From an uncultured virus (IMG/VR IMGVR_UViG_3300020460_001007) (taxonomy: Duplodnaviria; Heunggongvirae; Uroviricota; Caudoviricetes): a stretch of DNA of 20,000 nt. Of this stretch, positions 18,641 to 20,000 are shown in pieces. The position numbers and the translations under genes are program-made. The notes beneath the pieces were generated by a model, which worked only from the letters and a program-made list of their open reading frames with translations, was not told where the DNA came from and did no database searches. Within the stretch, counting starts at the first letter, position 1. Every line of letters begins with the position of its first letter. The DNA lies in IMG/VR virus record IMGVR_UViG_3300020460_001007, one strand, 5' to 3'.

Positions 18641-18877
18641 CTAGTTAGGATATACAGGTTCAAGTACAACATGAGCATTTAGAGAAATTTCATATGCTTG
18701 ATCCATACTGATTCTATCTCCAACACTGACGATTAAGGGTTTTGAAGAATCGGGTCTTTGAACTTCAAAGAATACACCACCTTCAATCTTAGTAATTTCA
18801 AAAGAGGTATCTGCATTTATCATTGCAGCTGGATGAGTTCTTACGTATCTCTTGATTTGAACTATCGGGTCTTTCAT
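18641..18877 (-). CDS. Hypothetical protein (78 aa), paralog family member
   Basis: Shares RY-x3-HP, FEI and SVGDR-x-S-x2-QA with ORF 18929-19225. Confidence 0.75.
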   Translation of the reverse strand: MKDPIVQIKRYVRTHPAAMINADTSFEITKIEGGVFFEVQRPDSSKPLIVSVGDRISMDQAYEISLNAHVVLEPVYPN

Positions 18878-18892
18878 ATTGTCAAAGTAGGT

Positions 18893-18921
18893 ATATTACC
18901 ACTTCCGCAAAAATTAGTCAA
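18893..18921 (-). promoter_or_regulatory. Sigma70-type promoter TTGACT-N17-TAATAT with extended -10 TG
   Basis: -35 at 18921-18916, -10 at 18898-18893, ATG at 18877. Confidence 0.7.
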
Positions 18922-18928
18922 GAACTAA

Positions 18929-19225
18929 TTAATCTTTTAATAAAACTCTAGGAGTTCTGGTAGCAGTTAGTTCAGCAGATGATACCGAAGTCAAGGTAGT
19001 TTGATAAGAAGCAGCTATTTGAATTGCTTGCTCTCTTGATAGTCTGTCTCCTACACTACATGATACTTGAGGTCCTTCTCCGTATTCTTTTTTTGCTTGT
19101 TTGTTAACGTCTACTACAACTGCATTTTCCATTTCCACAATTTCAAATACACGATCAGGTGATACACTAGCAACAGGATGATTACCTGTATAACGAATTA
19201 AATGAATTTTAATAGGATTGTCCAT
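18929..19225 (-). CDS. Hypothetical protein (98 aa), paralog family member
   Basis: ATG 19225 (MDNPIK...) aligns with MKDPIV... of the neighbour and avoids overlap. Confidence 0.75.
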   Translation of the reverse strand: MDNPIKIHLIRYTGNHPVASVSPDRVFEIVEMENAVVVDVNKQAKKEYGEGPQVSCSVGDRLSREQAIQIAASYQTTLTSVSSAELTATRTPRVLLKD

Positions 19226-19241
19226 TTTTTTTTCAATGCAA

Positions 19242-19541
19242 TCAATCAATTAATAAATCTTGTTGAGAAGAACCCTCTACGATTTCAATAGTATCCAATT
19301 CACTTTTTCCAAGTCTTGCGATGTCAACCAAGTGTTCAAGTTGCTTTTCATTCAGACATTCACCTACACGGATTTTCTTATCTTTAAATCCAAATGGGTC
19401 TGCATCTTCTGCTGGTACATTGATTGATGCACGATTTATTAATTTCTTCACCTTATATGGTAATGTAACGTTCTTCGGACAGTACTCAATGGTTACTCGT
19501 ACATCTCTCTTGCTTTTACCCAATCCTAATAATGACATCAT
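19242..19541 (-). CDS. Hypothetical protein (99 aa), probable distant paralog
   Basis: YKVKKLIN and RVGECLNEKQLEHL echo the neighbours' motifs; TATATTTATA element upstream at 19573-19564. Confidence 0.7.
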   Translation of the reverse strand: MMSLLGLGKSKRDVRVTIEYCPKNVTLPYKVKKLINRASINVPAEDADPFGFKDKKIRVGECLNEKQLEHLVDIARLGKSELDTIEIVEGSSQQDLLID

Positions 19542-19607
19542 GTTAATAGTTTACCTTAAAATCTATAAATATATATATTGGTCAAGTTTAAGTTCGGTTT
19601 TTAACAA

Positions 19608-20000
19608 TTATTTATTTATTTTTTTAAACTCATTGATACTAATTTCCAAACCAACGTTGACTAACCAATTTTCGTACTTTTTCATATCATTTTTCGTGAT
19701 CTTATCAAGTTGTAGGAGTTGGAGATTGGTATGTGTGAGAGTTTCGGACGCAGGAAACTGCAAAGTTATGCTTATTTCTTCGATTTTATCATAGTTTAAT
19801 GCAGTTTCCGTGACAAATTCCCAATTTAATGAGTTTCCTAGTGATTGTATTGAATTTTTAACTACAGAACGTTCGTCATCGTGGATGATTAATAGAAAAT
19901 CTTGGTTATCATACGGGTTATCAACCACCGATAGTGCCAAGTTTATTACATTCTTGACATCCTCTTTTTCAAAATATAGTTTTCCATTGAGAGTTTTCAT
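19608..20000 (-). CDS. Hypothetical protein (130 aa or longer)
   Basis: ATG at the last three bases of the window; could extend upstream; no motif recognised. Confidence 0.65.
   Translation of the reverse strand: MKTLNGKLYFEKEDVKNVINLALSVVDNPYDNQDFLLIIHDDERSVVKNSIQSLGNSLNWEFVTETALNYDKIEEISITLQFPASETLTHTNLQLLQLDKITKNDMKKYENWLVNVGLEISINEFKKINK

Overview
AT-rich, gene-dense segment most consistent with a large (jumbo/huge, T4-like) bacteriophage genome. The basis is rIIA- and rIIB-like genes, a solo Cas4-like PD-(D/E)XK nuclease, many orphan ORFs, and host-like genes (dnaK, dnaJ, infA, clpP-like, two gdh) scattered outside their normal bacterial operons. No capsid or terminase gene is in the window, so the phage call is an inference. 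Main points: (1) tandem, diverged glutamate dehydrogenases, one with NADP-type and one with NAD-type coenzyme signatures, which could form a transhydrogenase-like cycle; (2) a duplicated bulged-G/AAAC-loop hairpin with compensating lower stems in the dnaK leader; (3) a recurrent ATAT(T/A)TAT-N4-ATG element before seven genes, alongside four sigma70-type promoters; (4) a 5'-truncated double-HEXXH protein with possible prohead-protease sites; (5) three tandem paralogous small orphan proteins; (6) two small basic ORFs between rIIA and rIIB, one missing from the ORF track. DnaK and IF-1 resemble Verrucomicrobiota (Opitutales) homologues as I recall them; this needs a search. All three stop codons are used normally. 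No tRNA, rRNA, CRISPR array or IS element was seen.
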